Assembly (NCBI RefSeq): GCF_006345805.1
Contig: NC_042998.1
Location: 102,362,001-102,426,000, forward strand
DNA length: 64,000 bases
DNA from: Octopus sinensis
Lineage: Eukaryota
Reading direction: 5' to 3'
Of this stretch, positions 12,416 to 25,592 are shown in pieces. The notes under the pieces are model-generated. The model saw only the letters and a list, made by a program, of their open reading frames with translations. It did not search any database and was not told where the DNA came from. The position numbers were made by a program, and so were the translations under genes. Position 1 is the first letter of the stretch. Each line of letters starts with the position of its first letter.

Positions 12416-12906
12416 TATAACGAAAGCATTCTTTTTAGAAATATATTCTTTACTCTTATTACTTGGGAATGACTACTTCCTCACATACTGACATTAAATT
12501 TTGTGACATTTTACCTCATAACTATAACTATAAAAATAACTATAAAAATGATAACTATAAAAATGATAAATATTTATAATGCCTTATTTGCCGATATTTC
12601 CCAAAGTCGCAGTAAATGTGTGTTTCCAAAATAGCTCGCCATACATACATACATACATACATACATACATACATACATACATACATACATGCAAACAGAC
12701 AAAAATAGCGTTGTTGATGTTGAAATTCCAATGAAGGAGTCTTGGATCTAGGTTCGAAAATCTGACCTTTCTCTATTGACAACAAATCTTGAAATAAGAC
12801 TGAACAATGACATAGATAGACATACACACACATATATGTATATTTATATGTATATTTATTTATGCGTGTGTGTATATGCATATATATATATAGTATATAT
12901 ATATAT

Positions 12907-12944
<38 letters not shown>

Positions 12945-13329
12945 GATATATGATATATATATATATAAATCCAAAATAATTCCATAGAATTGGGGGACTT
13001 GTACATTTTAAAAGTTTTCTTTTAAATTATGTGTTACTGACACAGCATAATTGGTTTAAATGAATAACACGTGTTTCTATTGCATAGAGATTGTGAAGTT
13101 GCATATGCAATCCGCAATATTTTGCTATGAACCTTCATTCTGTGTTTTTCCACAACTGTGGTCCGAAGCAAATTGAATTTATTTATGCGTGACTTGCTTA
13201 TTTCTTTATTTTACTATAGCATCTGATACAAAATGAAAATGAATGGGAGATGTTGAAATTCCTTCCGTCTTCAAAATTTACTTTGTATTTCCAGGAGGAA
13301 AGTGGGAGTTCTAAGCACTAAATTAGGTT

Positions 13330-14275
13330 TTGGTTCTGTTATTGAGTTGTAACAGACTCATAATGTTTAGAAAGAACAATAATGTGACACCTGTGGTTAT
13401 TCCAGTGGCAACCAGCCTGGATCCATTGGTTGTGGCGATCTTGTACTTTGGTTGGGATGGATGCAACCCTGAAATAGATTTAGTTGTACAATCATTTGTG
13501 CCCTGCTTAACGACAGTTATGACAGCATCAGGCAGAGTTGGCTGTTTGAAGTAATGCAAACCGTTTACTACAAGCATGTTCCATAGGAACGGCCACTGTA
13601 CATAAGAACAAGATTCTCAGGGAGAGGAAAATTCTCATGAGACAGCATACCATGATTGCAAACCGCCTAAATATAGGCCTCAATGCAATTTTGTTACCCG
13701 CCTGTTGTTACCCTACTGGAGTATGAGATAAATCTGAAACGCTTCCATGAAAAACAAAGAGCAGAAAAAGAAGCTTTGGTTAAAGAAAATATATAATCAA
13801 ACCCTAAAGCCTACCTTAAGTATACCAAATAAACTGCCTTGACGTGTGCTAGGCTGGGGCCACTGTTTCAAAAAGATGGGTCCCTCACAGAAAACCTAAT
13901 TTGTATAACTGAATGAACAATTCAAAAATGTTTTCATCCCCAGCTTATGGTTCATTTAAGTTATCAAACCTGTAGAATTCTTTAACAATTCAGAAGTAGA
14001 GAGGCAGGAACAATTGATTACATCAATATCTAAGAAGAGTATGTAATACTGGGAATAAATGACGTGGATTCACACTCGGTTGCTGACCCTAGAAAATCCC
14101 AGAAGGACGTGTATCAAACGTTGGCATTAGAACGGAGCGCTATTGTGTAGTGTAAAATATCCCAACATTGCCATCAGGATACAGGAACACCCACTGCAAA
14201 AGCTTGGGTTTCAATGACCCAGAGCTCTTCAATATACTCCGATAAAGCCGGAAAGACGTGTATGTGGTCGATGTA
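13330..14275 (+). pseudogene. CR1-clade LINE remnant, left part (internally deleted)
   Basis: Degenerate translations EKQRAEKEALVKENI*SNPKAYLKY..RLGPLFQKDGSLTEN, NEQFKNVF and SLGFNDPELFNIL are typical of CR1 ORF2. Confidence 0.6.
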
Positions 14276-15568
14276 TCTATCTATCTATCCGCTCAGTCGA
14301 AATCGACTCTCGGTCACTCGTTGGATCAGTGTCCTCCAGTCAGTTCTATCCTGGGCTGCTTCTTTCAGATTGGCTATGTCCATTCCGGTATCCCTCTTGA
14401 CGGTGTCAAGCCAGCGGGTTCTTGGTCGGCCTCTTCCTCTCTTGCCACTGACCATTCCGAGCATGATATCCTTCTCCAGGGATTTTCTCCGCATAATATG
14501 ACCGAAATATGCCAATCTATGCTTGGTGATCCTAGCTTCAAGCGACATTTTCTGCCTGATCTGCTTAAGAAATTCTCTATTGGTGAGCCTCGCTGTCCTT
14601 GGAATCCGTAAAAGTCTTCTCCAACACCAAAGCTCAAATGCATTAATTCTCTTCTGGTCAGCTTTCTTTAGTGTCCAGGTCTCGCATATATATGTTGCTA
14701 TTGGGAAGACAATTGCATTCACCAATCTGTATTTGGTAGCGAGTCTGATGTCTCTACTCTTCCAGACCCTGCTCATGCTGACCATTGCCTCTCTGCCTAG
14801 TACTATCAGCCGTCTTATTTCTGGAGTGCAGTCACCATTCCGATTTATTTTGGAACCAAGGAAGATGAAATCATCAACCACTTCGATCTCTTCATTATCG
14901 ATCTTGATACTGATGTTTGTGGCTGCTGTTGACATGATCGTTTTCTTAACATTGAGGTACAGCCCAAATTTCTCACTCTCTTTCTTGACCAGCAGGACAA
15001 GATCCTCCAGATCCTTACCACTCTCCGCCAGCAGGGTTGTATCATCTGCATAGCGAAGGTTATTAATATTTCAGCCTCCAATCCTCACTCCAATGCTGCT
15101 ATCCTCCAGGCCTGCATTCCTCATGACCTTTTCAGCATACATGTTGAAGGCTGCTGGTGACAGAAGGTAACCTTGCCGAGTGCCTTTTCTAATCTCAAAC
15201 CAATCAGTGTCGCCATATGGTGTCCGTACTGCAGCCTCTTGGTTTTGATAAATTGATCTAATAAGCTGGACAAGGTGTAAAGGTATTCCCAATTCCTCCA
15301 GACATTTCCATAACTGAACACAACTATTGAGAGAGAATTGCCAGAGGTGGAAGCTGGTTTCAGAAAGGGAAGAGGCACTCGCGATCACATCGCCAACCTA
15401 GGGTAGATTAAGGGAAAAGCCAAGAGAATACCAAAAGAACCTGTTCATGTGTTTCATCGATTACTCCAAAGCTTTTGGCAGCATTGATCATGACAAGTTA
15501 TGGAAATGTCTGGAGGAAATGGGAACATCTTTACACCTTGTCCAGCTTATTATATCACTCTATGATTA
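14276..15568 (-). mobile_element. RTE (BovB-like) LINE insertion with 5' inversion and 9-bp TSD
   Basis: The minus strand (14285-15316) encodes LWKCLEELGIP..KGTRQG.LLSP..INNLRYADDTTLL..C-terminus, with a (gata)n tail. Segment 15317-15566 encodes the upstream RT part on the + strand (EAGFRKGRGTRDHIANL..MCFIDYSKAF). TSD gtcgatgta lies at 14267-14275 and 15569-15577. Confidence 0.9.
14285..15316 (-). pseudogene. RTE ORF2 reverse transcriptase C-terminal half (frameshifted; 216-aa open stretch at 14285-14935)
   Basis: YADD motif and the RTE C-terminal motifs WTLKKADQKRINAFELWCWRRLLRIP and GKRGRGRPRTRW. Confidence 0.9.
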
Positions 15569-15700
15569 GTCGATGTAGGTGCCTTCAAAACGAAACTGGA
15601 TCCCCTCCGGTGTAAGAGTTCCAGGTGAACTTACCTCGCAGCAAGAAAGGCATATGAGGGTTCCTATAACCAACTCCCTGAATCACCAAACGCCACTTAT
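15569..15700 (+). pseudogene. CR1 remnant, right part (ORF2 C-terminus split off by the RTE)
   Basis: Removing the RTE and one TSD gives DVGAFKTKLD...VPGELTSQQERHMRVPITNSLNHQ, a CR1-type C-terminus. Confidence 0.55.
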
Positions 15701-15978
15701 CACAAGCTGAAACTAGTACAGAATAAAGGATTTACACGCACACACACACATACAGAGGCATTTATGCGGATAAACAAATAAGATACATCAAATGTATTTA
15801 ATATATTAAATGTATCAAATAAAATAGTTTGGATATGAAATAGAAAATATGCATATATGTATACTCGCAAAACGAGAGAAAGCAAAATGTGGAGACATTC
15901 AGTATAAATATATGAATATTTATATTAATAGGTCCAACTTACACTCATATTTTCTATTTCATACTCATCTATTATATT

Positions 15979-17460
15979 TATTAAGTTCTATTAAGTTCTG
16001 TCCGATTTTACCTTTTTTTTAAATTGAATGAAATTGAATAATATTTTAGAGTGTCTAATGGAATCAAAAAATATTTTTATGCATTTGTGTATGTTTAAAA
16101 AAATTAAATATTATTTTACACAATAATAGAATTAAAATGTTTTTGATTAAAACCCTTTCTAATATGGAAGTATCCAAAGAGTATTTGAGACACTCATAAT
16201 GCTTTATGAGTACCAAAAGGAAACTCTGCAGCCGAAGCGACTCGAAACATACATTCAATTGGTAGGAAATAATGCTTGAATGAAAGAACTTGTAGATGGT
16301 GGTTTGCAAAATTCAGAAGTAGAGATTTCAGCCTTGAAGATGATCAAACAGGACGTCCAGTTGAGTTTGACGATAAGCTCCTTGAGGCATTATTTGAAGA
16401 AAATATTGCATTATCAGTCGAAGTGTTGTCAACAAAGCTTAGTTCAAACCTATTTCTTTATTACCCACAAGGTGCTAAACATAGAGGGGACAAACAAGGA
16501 CAGACATAGGTATTAAGTCGATTACATAGACCCCAGTGCGTAGCTGGTTCTTAATTTATCGACCTCGATAGGATGAAAGGCAAAGCCGTCCTCGGCGGAA
16601 TTTGAACTCACAACGTAACGGCAGACGAAATACCACTAAGCATCTCGCCCGGCTTGCTAACGTTTCTGCCAGCTCGCCGCCTTTAATTAGCTTAGTTCAA
16701 ACCATACAACGGTTCATCGTCATCTTAAAAAACTTGGAAAGTTTTCTAAACTTGGAAAATGGGTGCCTCATGAATTGTCCGAAAGCAACCGCAAATCCCG
16801 TGTTGACATCTGCTCTTCTCTCTATTCGCGCGAAATCATTTCACCCTTTTTGGATAGACTTGTGACTGGTAACGAAAAATGTATCGTCTATCGAAATGTT
16901 AAACGTCGTAAACAGTGTCTTGGTAAAAGGGAAAAAGTTGAACCACAACCGAGAAGGGAACTTCATGGAAAAAGGTTCTTCTCTTTATCTGGTGGGATTG
17001 CAAATGAGTAACTCACTTTGAATTGTCACCACCTAATGCAACAACCAATGCTCAAGTCTACTGTCAGAAATTAGAGCATTTGAACCAAGCTTTGAAGTAA
17101 AAAACAACTGCTTTAGTGAATCGAAAAAGAGTGATGTTTCATCAGGATAATGCGCGACTCCACACTGCAAAGATCACATCATCGAAGAGCTTGGCTAGGA
17201 AAAAATTCCTCATCCACCTTATTCTCCCGACCTTACTCCTTTAGACTACCATTTATATTGTAATTTACAGAATCATTTCGGGAACATTACTTTCGGAAGC
17301 CAGGAGGAGGTCGAAACTGACATTTCAGAGTTCTTCGCTTTGAAACCAAAAGAGTTTTACATTGAATGGATTGAAAAGGTTGTAAACAGATCGAAGGAAG
17401 TCACATATCATCAGCGAAAGTACATTGATGATTACATTTCAATTAAATATGCCATCTGAT
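15979..17460 (+). mobile_element. Mariner DNA transposon, decayed; transposase pseudogene ~16164-17435 interrupted by a SINE
   Basis: HTH region ERTCRWWFAKFRS, WVPHEL, TG(N)EK, FHQDNA and PYSPDLTPLDYHL (D,D34D type with the first D changed to N). The left end resembles a TIR (taagttctgtccgatttt); no right TIR was found. Confidence 0.9.
16451..16688 (-). mobile_element. SINE family 2 (tail B), full length, with 15-bp TSD
   Basis: tRNA-like head ggcggcgagctggcagaaacgttagca...gagttcaaattcc. TSD agcttagttcaaacc lies at 16436-16450 and 16689-16703. Confidence 0.92.
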
Positions 17461-17510
17461 CACTTCAATATATATATGTATGTATGTATGTATGTATGAA
17501 TGTATGTACG

Positions 17511-17649
<139 letters not shown>

Positions 17650-17652
17650 AAT

Positions 17653-17978
17653 GCCTCAGTGGGTAGAGTGTCAGGTTCACAGTTACGAGGAAGGGATTTC
17701 GATTCTGCAACGTGTTGTGTGTTGTGTTCTTGAGCAAGTAAATTTATTTCATGTCCCTTCAGTTCACTCAGCTGTAGAAATGAGATGCGACGTCACTGGT
17801 GTAAAGCTGTATCAGCCTTTATCTCAGCCTTTGATAACATCGGTGGCGTTAGGAGTGGAGGCTAGTGTGCATGGGTAACTGTTGGCTTTCCATTACAACC
17901 TTGCCCAGACTTTTGTCTAGTAGGATAAAATCCTAGGTGCAATACCATGATCATTCACGTCCGAGGGGGCTGGGGGTT
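17653..17978 (+). mobile_element. SINE family 3 (tRNA head plus CORE-like central block)
   Basis: A-box-like gcctcagtgggtaga, B-box-like gatttcgattct, then ttgagcaag...cagttcactcagctgtagaaatgag. It is flanked by (TA)n. Confidence 0.6.
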
Positions 17979-18808
17979 ATATACATACATATATGCATGC
18001 ATACATATATACATACATAATTATATATATGCACACACACACACATGTTAGATGGAAGATCGTACATTATATTAATGAAAATTCCATTTACATGACTTGA
18101 TGAATGCTTCAGAATCATGCTTTCGACAAAACTATGTTGTTTGTTGACTTCCTTGTGTTCACATAAACGTCTTTTAAATGATCATCAACGCTAGGTAGAA
18201 TTTGAATTCAAATCGCAATGATCTAGCGCAGCTATTGTAAACCTACATTTCGGGCGATGTATTAAACTTACCAACTGATCTGTGTAGGAGTGGGAAAGAA
18301 AACCACAAAGCATTGTGCCCGACTTTAGTGTGTTACTGATTCTACCAATACACCGACGAGTAAAATAACACGAATATAAGATTAGAATATTATGGAAAAA
18401 TGTTAATTAATGCAAAATTCCTTTCAATCACTTACAGCGTTGCAATTATATTCAAATCCTTTGGAATTCAACTCCATCATTATGAAATATGCAATTCACA
18501 TCTGAATTAATTGAAGCAGATTATAAAGACTACCTTTGGGATATACTGATAAAAAGATTCTCGACATGAACCAAATTTTTGCTTGCCCTATATTTCCCAG
18601 TCCACTGATTGGTATCAAGGTAAGGAATTTAAAATTCATTATTCATATGCTGACGTTTAGCCTATAAAACCACTTTCTTCAAATTTTACTTTAAAATAGA
18701 AAATGTGCTGAGTCGTAAAATGGAATTTGATTATACGTTCTAATTTCTAAGCTCTAAAGTATTTCGTATCTTTTGTACGAGTGTGCCTCCCAAATGATTT
18801 CATTTGTG

Positions 18809-18848
<40 letters not shown>

Positions 18849-18869
18849 CATATATATATATATATACAG

Positions 18870-18903
<34 letters not shown>

Positions 18904-18944
18904 CTTTAATATACACATACAAACACACATACATATCTATGTGC

Positions 18945-19011
18945 TCATATTTGTAGACAGATCCATATATATATATATATATATATATATATGGATCTGT
19001 CTACAAATATG

Positions 19012-19012
<1 letters not shown>
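18945..19012. repeat. Perfect 68-bp palindrome centred on (AT)n
   Basis: tcatatttgtagacagatcc + (at)n + ggatctgtctacaaatatga. Confidence 0.95.
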
Positions 19013-19077
<65 letters not shown>

Positions 19078-19490
19078 CATATATATGTATGTGTATATGT
19101 ATGTGTGTGCCTGTGTGTCTGTGTGTCTGTGTAATTATAAAATCCGCAGATCTATATGTAGGCATTTTGTAAGCTTCAATCAGTCCATGCTGGGCATAAA
19201 AACAGAAGCAATAATAATTTATTAGCACTTTTAGGTCTTAGATTTGAACATCGAAGTTTGTATATTGAAGGCCGTTTGTATATCGGAGTTCAAAAAGCTG
19301 AAAACTGCTTGTATAGCTCATGGGTAGTAACTAAGTGTTGTTATGAATGCGAATAAAAACTCAATTTGAGGGACTGAAACAGGTAAAATCTTGGTTACAT
19401 ACGCTTCCTGGCTAGTAGATCCTCCGATGTAATAATAACTCAACGCGAGGTATATATATATATAAAACATATGCGAATGTATATACATAC

Positions 19491-19545
<55 letters not shown>

Positions 19546-19859
19546 GTGTGTTATGAGCATTTATATAACATGTATCCTATAGAATCTCAACAAACAATTA
19601 AAGATGTAGAAGAGAATTTGCTAAAAATGTTATATATTTTATAAAACTCTTAACACCTTTTCTCCATCTTTTATTGTTTGTTGTGTTTCTATAGGATACG
19701 TGTTCTATATATACTCATATCACACCTTATGCTTGAAACATTTTCATATTCGAAAAATACTTAGAATAGTAATCTACCAAGAATCTTTACTAGAAATCTA
19801 ACTCTGGAAACCCGCAAAGGGAAGGATGAAGTGGAACTCAACCTTTTCTCATATTTATA

Positions 19860-21770
19860 TACATATAGGGTAAAATCAGTAATAATTTTACCAGGTAGCA
19901 AGTACGTATATAAAAACCTGTCAGATAAATTTTACAAACTATTCGACAATTATATACATAATTATAACAAGGTGTCAGCTATGTGCCTCGTCAGGTACTG
20001 AATTAGAAATATACGCTAATATAGTTGAAATAGAAAGACTTGGCTTATGTCGCAGCTATCTTATTCTGACTAGTGCTTGAAGCTTGCCCTATTTTGATTG
20101 GGAGTTCATGGCTCAAATTAGCATATGTTTTGAAAAGGATTTGATTGATAGAATTCAGTCGCATGACCGGTCTTTGAATTTGTTTATATGTTCCCCGCTT
20201 CATCCGTGTGTTACTATCAAATTACAAGGTTTGGCGTCGTAAGTTAAGGCTGACATGGTTAGGTGAACATGTCCAATCAATCAATGCTCGAATATGTTTT
20301 GTCAAATGTGAGTATAGAATTAACACATCATTAAATTTGTAACTCATTGTACGTTCCTCGCTACATGTGTGCATTTGTGTAAGGTGACAGTATATTTTGC
20401 ACGTAAAAAGACAGCGGACACGGTTGAGTGAACATGTTTAGTTATAATTAAAACAGTCCAAATTTAATCTGTCTTGTGAGAGAGGGTCCCAGGAGTCGTT
20501 TGTATGTAATCCAGTGGCTAAAGTTTAGGTTGTTAGCAATGAATGTTCCTCATGATATGCAGCAGAATGAAATTTTGAGTGAATTGTTATTTGTGTACGT
20601 ACTCTGTTTAAGTCTAAATTTAAGTTTTGGTTTGTACTTTTGCATGAAAGTATTTTCTTTGTTTATCTGTGCTTCATCTGTGGTATACGCTGAAGATAGT
20701 TAGAGTGAGAAGTCTTACAATTAGGGAGACTTATTTTTTACACATATGTCTGTGTCTACCCAGTGGAATCTCTCTTATACTGGGGTCCCGTATTTGTTGT
20801 CAGTGAATGGTCAGTCTACTTAGAGTAAGATTCGTTTGACCTATGTAACCTTCATCACATCCTTGACATTTGTTTGCGCATATTAAATTCCTTGAAGAAT
20901 ATGTAAAGTGATTCTTTTACGGTAAACATCTGTCCTGATTTGAATTTGGATGTTTTGTCTTCAACATGGTTAATGCAGGTTCCGCAATTGGTGCAGTCAG
21001 ACTTTTTGAGTGTTGGTGTAGGAATTGTGGAATGTAATTTAGCACTTGTAAAGACCTTTTTGAAGGACTTCGATTATCTTTTACTTTTGGTTATTTTGTG
21101 TATTTCGAACGCTTGTTGCATTCTTGAGTCTTGTTCTAGTAGTGAGATAATATTGTAAATATTGTAAACCCTGTGCTGTGTGTTGCAATAAAGGGTAGAG
21201 TGTTGTAATAAAGGGTAGAGTATTGGATGTATCTGGAGCGTTTTTCCTTTTTCGTAGTTATTCGATATATATTGCTTTGGCACGTTCTGTTCCGCTGTCT
21301 ATTAACGTTAATGTACATTATCTCTTAAGTACTACTTGATTTAGCTCCTGGATCCATTTATTGCGAATGTCAGGGTGTGCAAATTCCTCTTGTTAGATTA
21401 AAGGGGATATTATTCTTCGTGTGTTTGGGATGGCATGAGGAGAACAGTAACCATTGTTTCGAATCTGTGTGTAGTGAGTATCTATTTCAATGTTTTAATC
21501 TCTTTTAATGATTAGTATATCCAGGAATGGGAGTTCAGTTTTACTATATTCCATGGTAAAGTTAATATCATTGGTTATGCTGTTGATTAGATTTTTAGAA
21601 TCTGTAAGTTGTTCAAATCTATGCGTCCATAGGATTAGGCAGTCATCTAAGTCACGTTTCCAGTTTTCTAGTAGATATTTGTGGACGTTCATGGAATACA
21701 TGCAAGCCCAGATACACGAACAATTTAATACATGCCTTGAAAGTGTCGGCTTTCCTTTTAGGCGCAAAAT
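19860..21770 (-). mobile_element. Penelope-like element remnant (RT C-terminus, GIY-YIG endonuclease, 3' pLTR region)
   Basis: RDLDDCLILWTH..INFTMEYSKTELPFLDILI, HPKHTKNNIPFNL and CQGCDEGYIGQT..H.QQIRDP. A decayed HHR lies at 19933-19997 (tac-CUGACGA-ggca...tgtc-GAAU). Confidence 0.8.
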
Positions 21771-22244
21771 ACACTGTCACGTGACATTAACGCACGGACG
21801 TAGCGGGAAACGTAAAAAGAGCTATACTTAATCATGTGTTCATTGTCTATAAACATTTAACAGAAAACTTTCAGAGCATTGATCATTTTGACATCTTCAG
21901 TCAACTGTATCAGCATTAACTTACCACGCCAAACATTATTTGATACTAACACGTGGGGACCCTACACACATTTCTAAGACCAGTCACGTGACTATCTTCT
22001 AACAATGAAATCCTAATTTGAGCCATGAACTCCCTATGAAAATAGTGCAAGCTTCAAACACTAGTCAGAAGCAAGACTGTGTAAGCTGTGAAACCGGTTA
22101 AAGCTTTAAACATTTTAATAAAAAATATTTTGACTATTCTCAATACAATTTCCACTTCTACTTTTCCCTATATTTCTATCCGCCTGGAATAAAATAACTT
22201 TGCTTTATATATATATATATATATATATATACAGTTTTATTATT

Positions 22245-22653
22245 TTATTCTTTTATTCTTTTATTTGGTTCAGTAACTTGACTGTGGTCGTGCTGTAGCA
22301 CCGCATTTTTTGTCTAAGAATTCTACCCCAGGACTTACTTTTGTAAGCCTGATACTTATTCTATCGTTTTTGCCGAACCGCTAAGTTACAGGTACGTAAA
22401 CACACCAACATCGGTTGCCAAGTGATGGTGGTCGGAGGATAAAGACATACACAAGGACATACACACAGAGTCACACACACACGCACACACATATATAAAT
22501 ACAAAGGGCAGCTTTCAGTTCCCACCTACCAAATCCACTCACAAGACTTTGGTCGACCCGAAGCTATAGTAGAAGATAATTGCCCAATGTGCCACGCACT
22601 GGGAATGAACACAGAACCATGTGGTTCGGAAGCAGGCTCCTTACCACACAGCT
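22245..22653 (-). mobile_element. SINE family 1, near full length
   Basis: Matches 52227-52632 from the head (accatgtggttcggaagc...ttaccacacagc) to the (ttttat)n tail. Confidence 0.85.
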
Positions 22654-22687
22654 AGGTTTGTTTTTATCATCATTTATGAGAGTTTCA

Positions 22688-22893
22688 AATTTTGGTACAA
22701 GGTTAAGAGTTTTAGGTGGATAGAAAATTTGATTATATTGAACACCAGTACAGCACTGCTACTTATTATATCGACGCTGAGAAGATAAATGACAGAGTCG
22801 ACCTCGCCAGAATTTAATCATAGAACACAAAGATGGATGCAATGCTGCTAAGCATTTCGTCGGCGCCCTAACGATTCTTCCAGTTCGCCGCCT
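22688..22893 (-). mobile_element. Old SINE family 2 copy (tail A)
   Basis: ttttggtacaagg...gtcgacctcgccagaattt...gctaagcatttcgtcggcgccctaacgattcttccagttcgccgcc. Confidence 0.7.
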
Positions 22894-23139
22894 TATGATG
22901 CGTTATTATAAAAACCATTTTACATTAGTCTGAAGGTTTTCTCTATACTTTTGTAGAATATAAATATATTATTCATAAAAAAGAATATTACTGACAGTGA
23001 CTTCGAAGTTTTGGCGAACTAAGCCATCGTCAAATTTAGCCGCCCGACACTTGGGAAATCTCTGTCAATAATATTATTGTTTAAGAACAATACATTTACA
23101 CCCACACACACACTCGCGCGCGCAAATGTATAAATATGT

Positions 23140-23590
23140 CGCCGTGAGCGGTACATCATTTGTACGATGTGGAGAATATACCGCCAATTTTGCCCAAACG
23201 ACCTGAACATTAGCTTCAAGGTTCATCCAAGACTGGGACCACGGGCCATACGTCCCCTGCCCCATTCAAGATCACAGCATACATGTACACTGCAACGTAA
23301 TTTCTTTTCCTCAACAGGCCCTGCCCTATTTAACATTGTCCCGAAAGAGTTCAAAGAGGAAAAGGATCCCATCAACTTTAAACGGAGTCTGGATAGATTC
23401 CTTCAAAGAATACCAGATAAGCCACCCATAATTGGATACAACTCACTCAACAAAAATTCACTACTTGAATGGACTATAAACAAAACTTGACTTAAACAGG
23501 ATTCAAATAATCCTATCAGGTGGTGCTATTAAGTTAGACATGGCCTGGACCAATCTTTGGTCGAAACATATCTAAGTTTATCTAAGTATG
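23140..23590 (+). mobile_element. CR1-clade LINE 3' fragment with 3' UTR and (atctaagt)-type tail
   Basis: RRERYIICTMWRI..CPNDLNISFKVHPRLGPRAIRP..KNSLLEW, homologous to 31482-32487, with a shared 3' UTR caggtggtgctattaagttagacatggcctgg. Confidence 0.9.
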
Positions 23591-25262
23591 TATGTAAGTG
23601 TATAATATATTTCAATAACTTTAACTTCTCTATCTAATTCGATTGGATGATATTCGTTTTTTGCTACATTCCACATGTAGATAATTTCTCTAGCAATTAA
23701 CTGGGCACATATGGCTTCTACAGCTGAAACTCCTCAACGTCCTTTTATAATAACAATGCAAAGATGGTAGCCCTATCTCAAATATCAAATATAGTTTTCC
23801 ATTTATGGATATTCTGTGGTAACTTATTTACAGACTCCTAAGAAAATGATGCAATGTCTACCATTTGGGATTTACGTACCCAAAATATGTTAACCTATTA
23901 TACTATTGTGATTCTGCGGTTCTCTGAATGAAGCTATTATGATGTCAGAGACCCTTTCCTACACTCGATTTATATATATATGTGTGTGTGCGTGTGTGTG
24001 TATGTGTGTGTGTGTATATACATCTATACAAGCACGCACATACATGCATACACACATATACACTTATAGTTATAGAAGCACCTTCATGATACATTCATGA
24101 AAAATCCACAAACTACGTAATATATACGCGTATACGTACACTACATACATAGCATCGCACAGATACTCTTACGACAATAACATATGAACTTACATTCGAA
24201 CACATGGGTACACACAATCATGCCTACTAGTTTGCAATTAATTTCCTTTTTGATCTCATGCGTCTGATAATTTTTCATGTTCCATCACTTCCGTACATCT
24301 TATTCCCTGCATGGAATGAAACAGACGAAAGTGAACGTCTTCATTACTCACATATTCTACTTACACTACACTTTTTCTCCACAAGTTTCTGAAGAGGCGT
24401 TTATGCTCAAAAGATCAAGGACATTTTTAATTTCTTTCCTCTGCGTATGACGTTATTCGAACAATTGATTTTAGTTTGACGTTTTGTTCTTTTCATCACT
24501 ACTTTTGCATTTCTGTGGGGTGTTTATATAAATGTTTGTATATAGATACAAGTACGCATAGAGATACTTACCTATATTGTCCTTTTGACTATATGCTTCT
24601 ATATGTATGTATAACTTTATGAATATATATAAAGATATATATCCAAGGATATATATATATATATGTAAATACGTAAACCCATCATATATATACGCTCATA
24701 CAGATACATATAATTATGTGGGTGTTTGTGTACGTCGACTTTATGTTTATAGATAGATATTCAAAGAGTCTCGTATGAAACGACGCCACCAAACACTTCC
24801 TGTCACTGAAGGCGCCCGTTTACCTAAATATATAACGATTATAGTTTGTGTGTTCGGCGAATAGAACAAAGCGCATAGATTTAAAAGTGTAATTTAACTA
24901 CGTTGAATATTTGAAAAAGTGTTTGCTTATCTAGGTTAAGTTGTGCACATATATTAATCATGCAGACAAGTATGTCTTTTATGCAAATTAAACAAGTCAA
25001 TATACCAAACGTTTGGTTTATATTTTAAGCAAATTTCTTTCTTATTTTGCTACAGATATTTTGTTGTAAATATAATGAAGTGTCTATCTTACTCTGTTTA
25101 ATTAACGAATCATAAAACTTGTCATAATTATCTCTATATTTCTGTTGGAAAATAAAAATAAAATGTATTTAAATGTTTAACATTTAACAGCAAATACTAT
25201 AAAAACTGCAATTAATTTATCATAAGCTTTCTCTTACACGTAATGTGTAAAAATGTGTATTG

Positions 25263-25300
<38 letters not shown>

Positions 25301-25506
25301 TGAAATGGATAAATGAATTATCTTGTTAAGGATTATTCAAAATTTAACCGATACCTGGGTAGCAAAAATCACAACAGAAAAAACACGGTTGAAGTTACGA
25401 GCTTGGGGTGTCGCAACCGTGCCTTAGCGCGGATAATTGAAGTTTAATATATTTAGTGAAGGGAAGAAATGGAGCTGAACGAGGATTCTACAGAATTCCT
25501 TTTATT

Positions 25507-25592
25507 ATTTTCTACACATGTTTCAAAGGCCGCAAATTTCCAAATTCGGATTGAATAAGGAGACCATTTTGCAGCTTTCTCTTCAGGAAAAT
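25507..25592 (-). ncRNA. Type-I hammerhead ribozyme motif (left arm of foldback B)
   Basis: Exact reverse complement of 25709-25794. Confidence 0.75.

Noticed and set aside
17400-17470. Right terminal inverted repeat of the mariner
   Set aside because: No match to the left-end motif was found before the (TA)n tract, so the end is treated as truncated.
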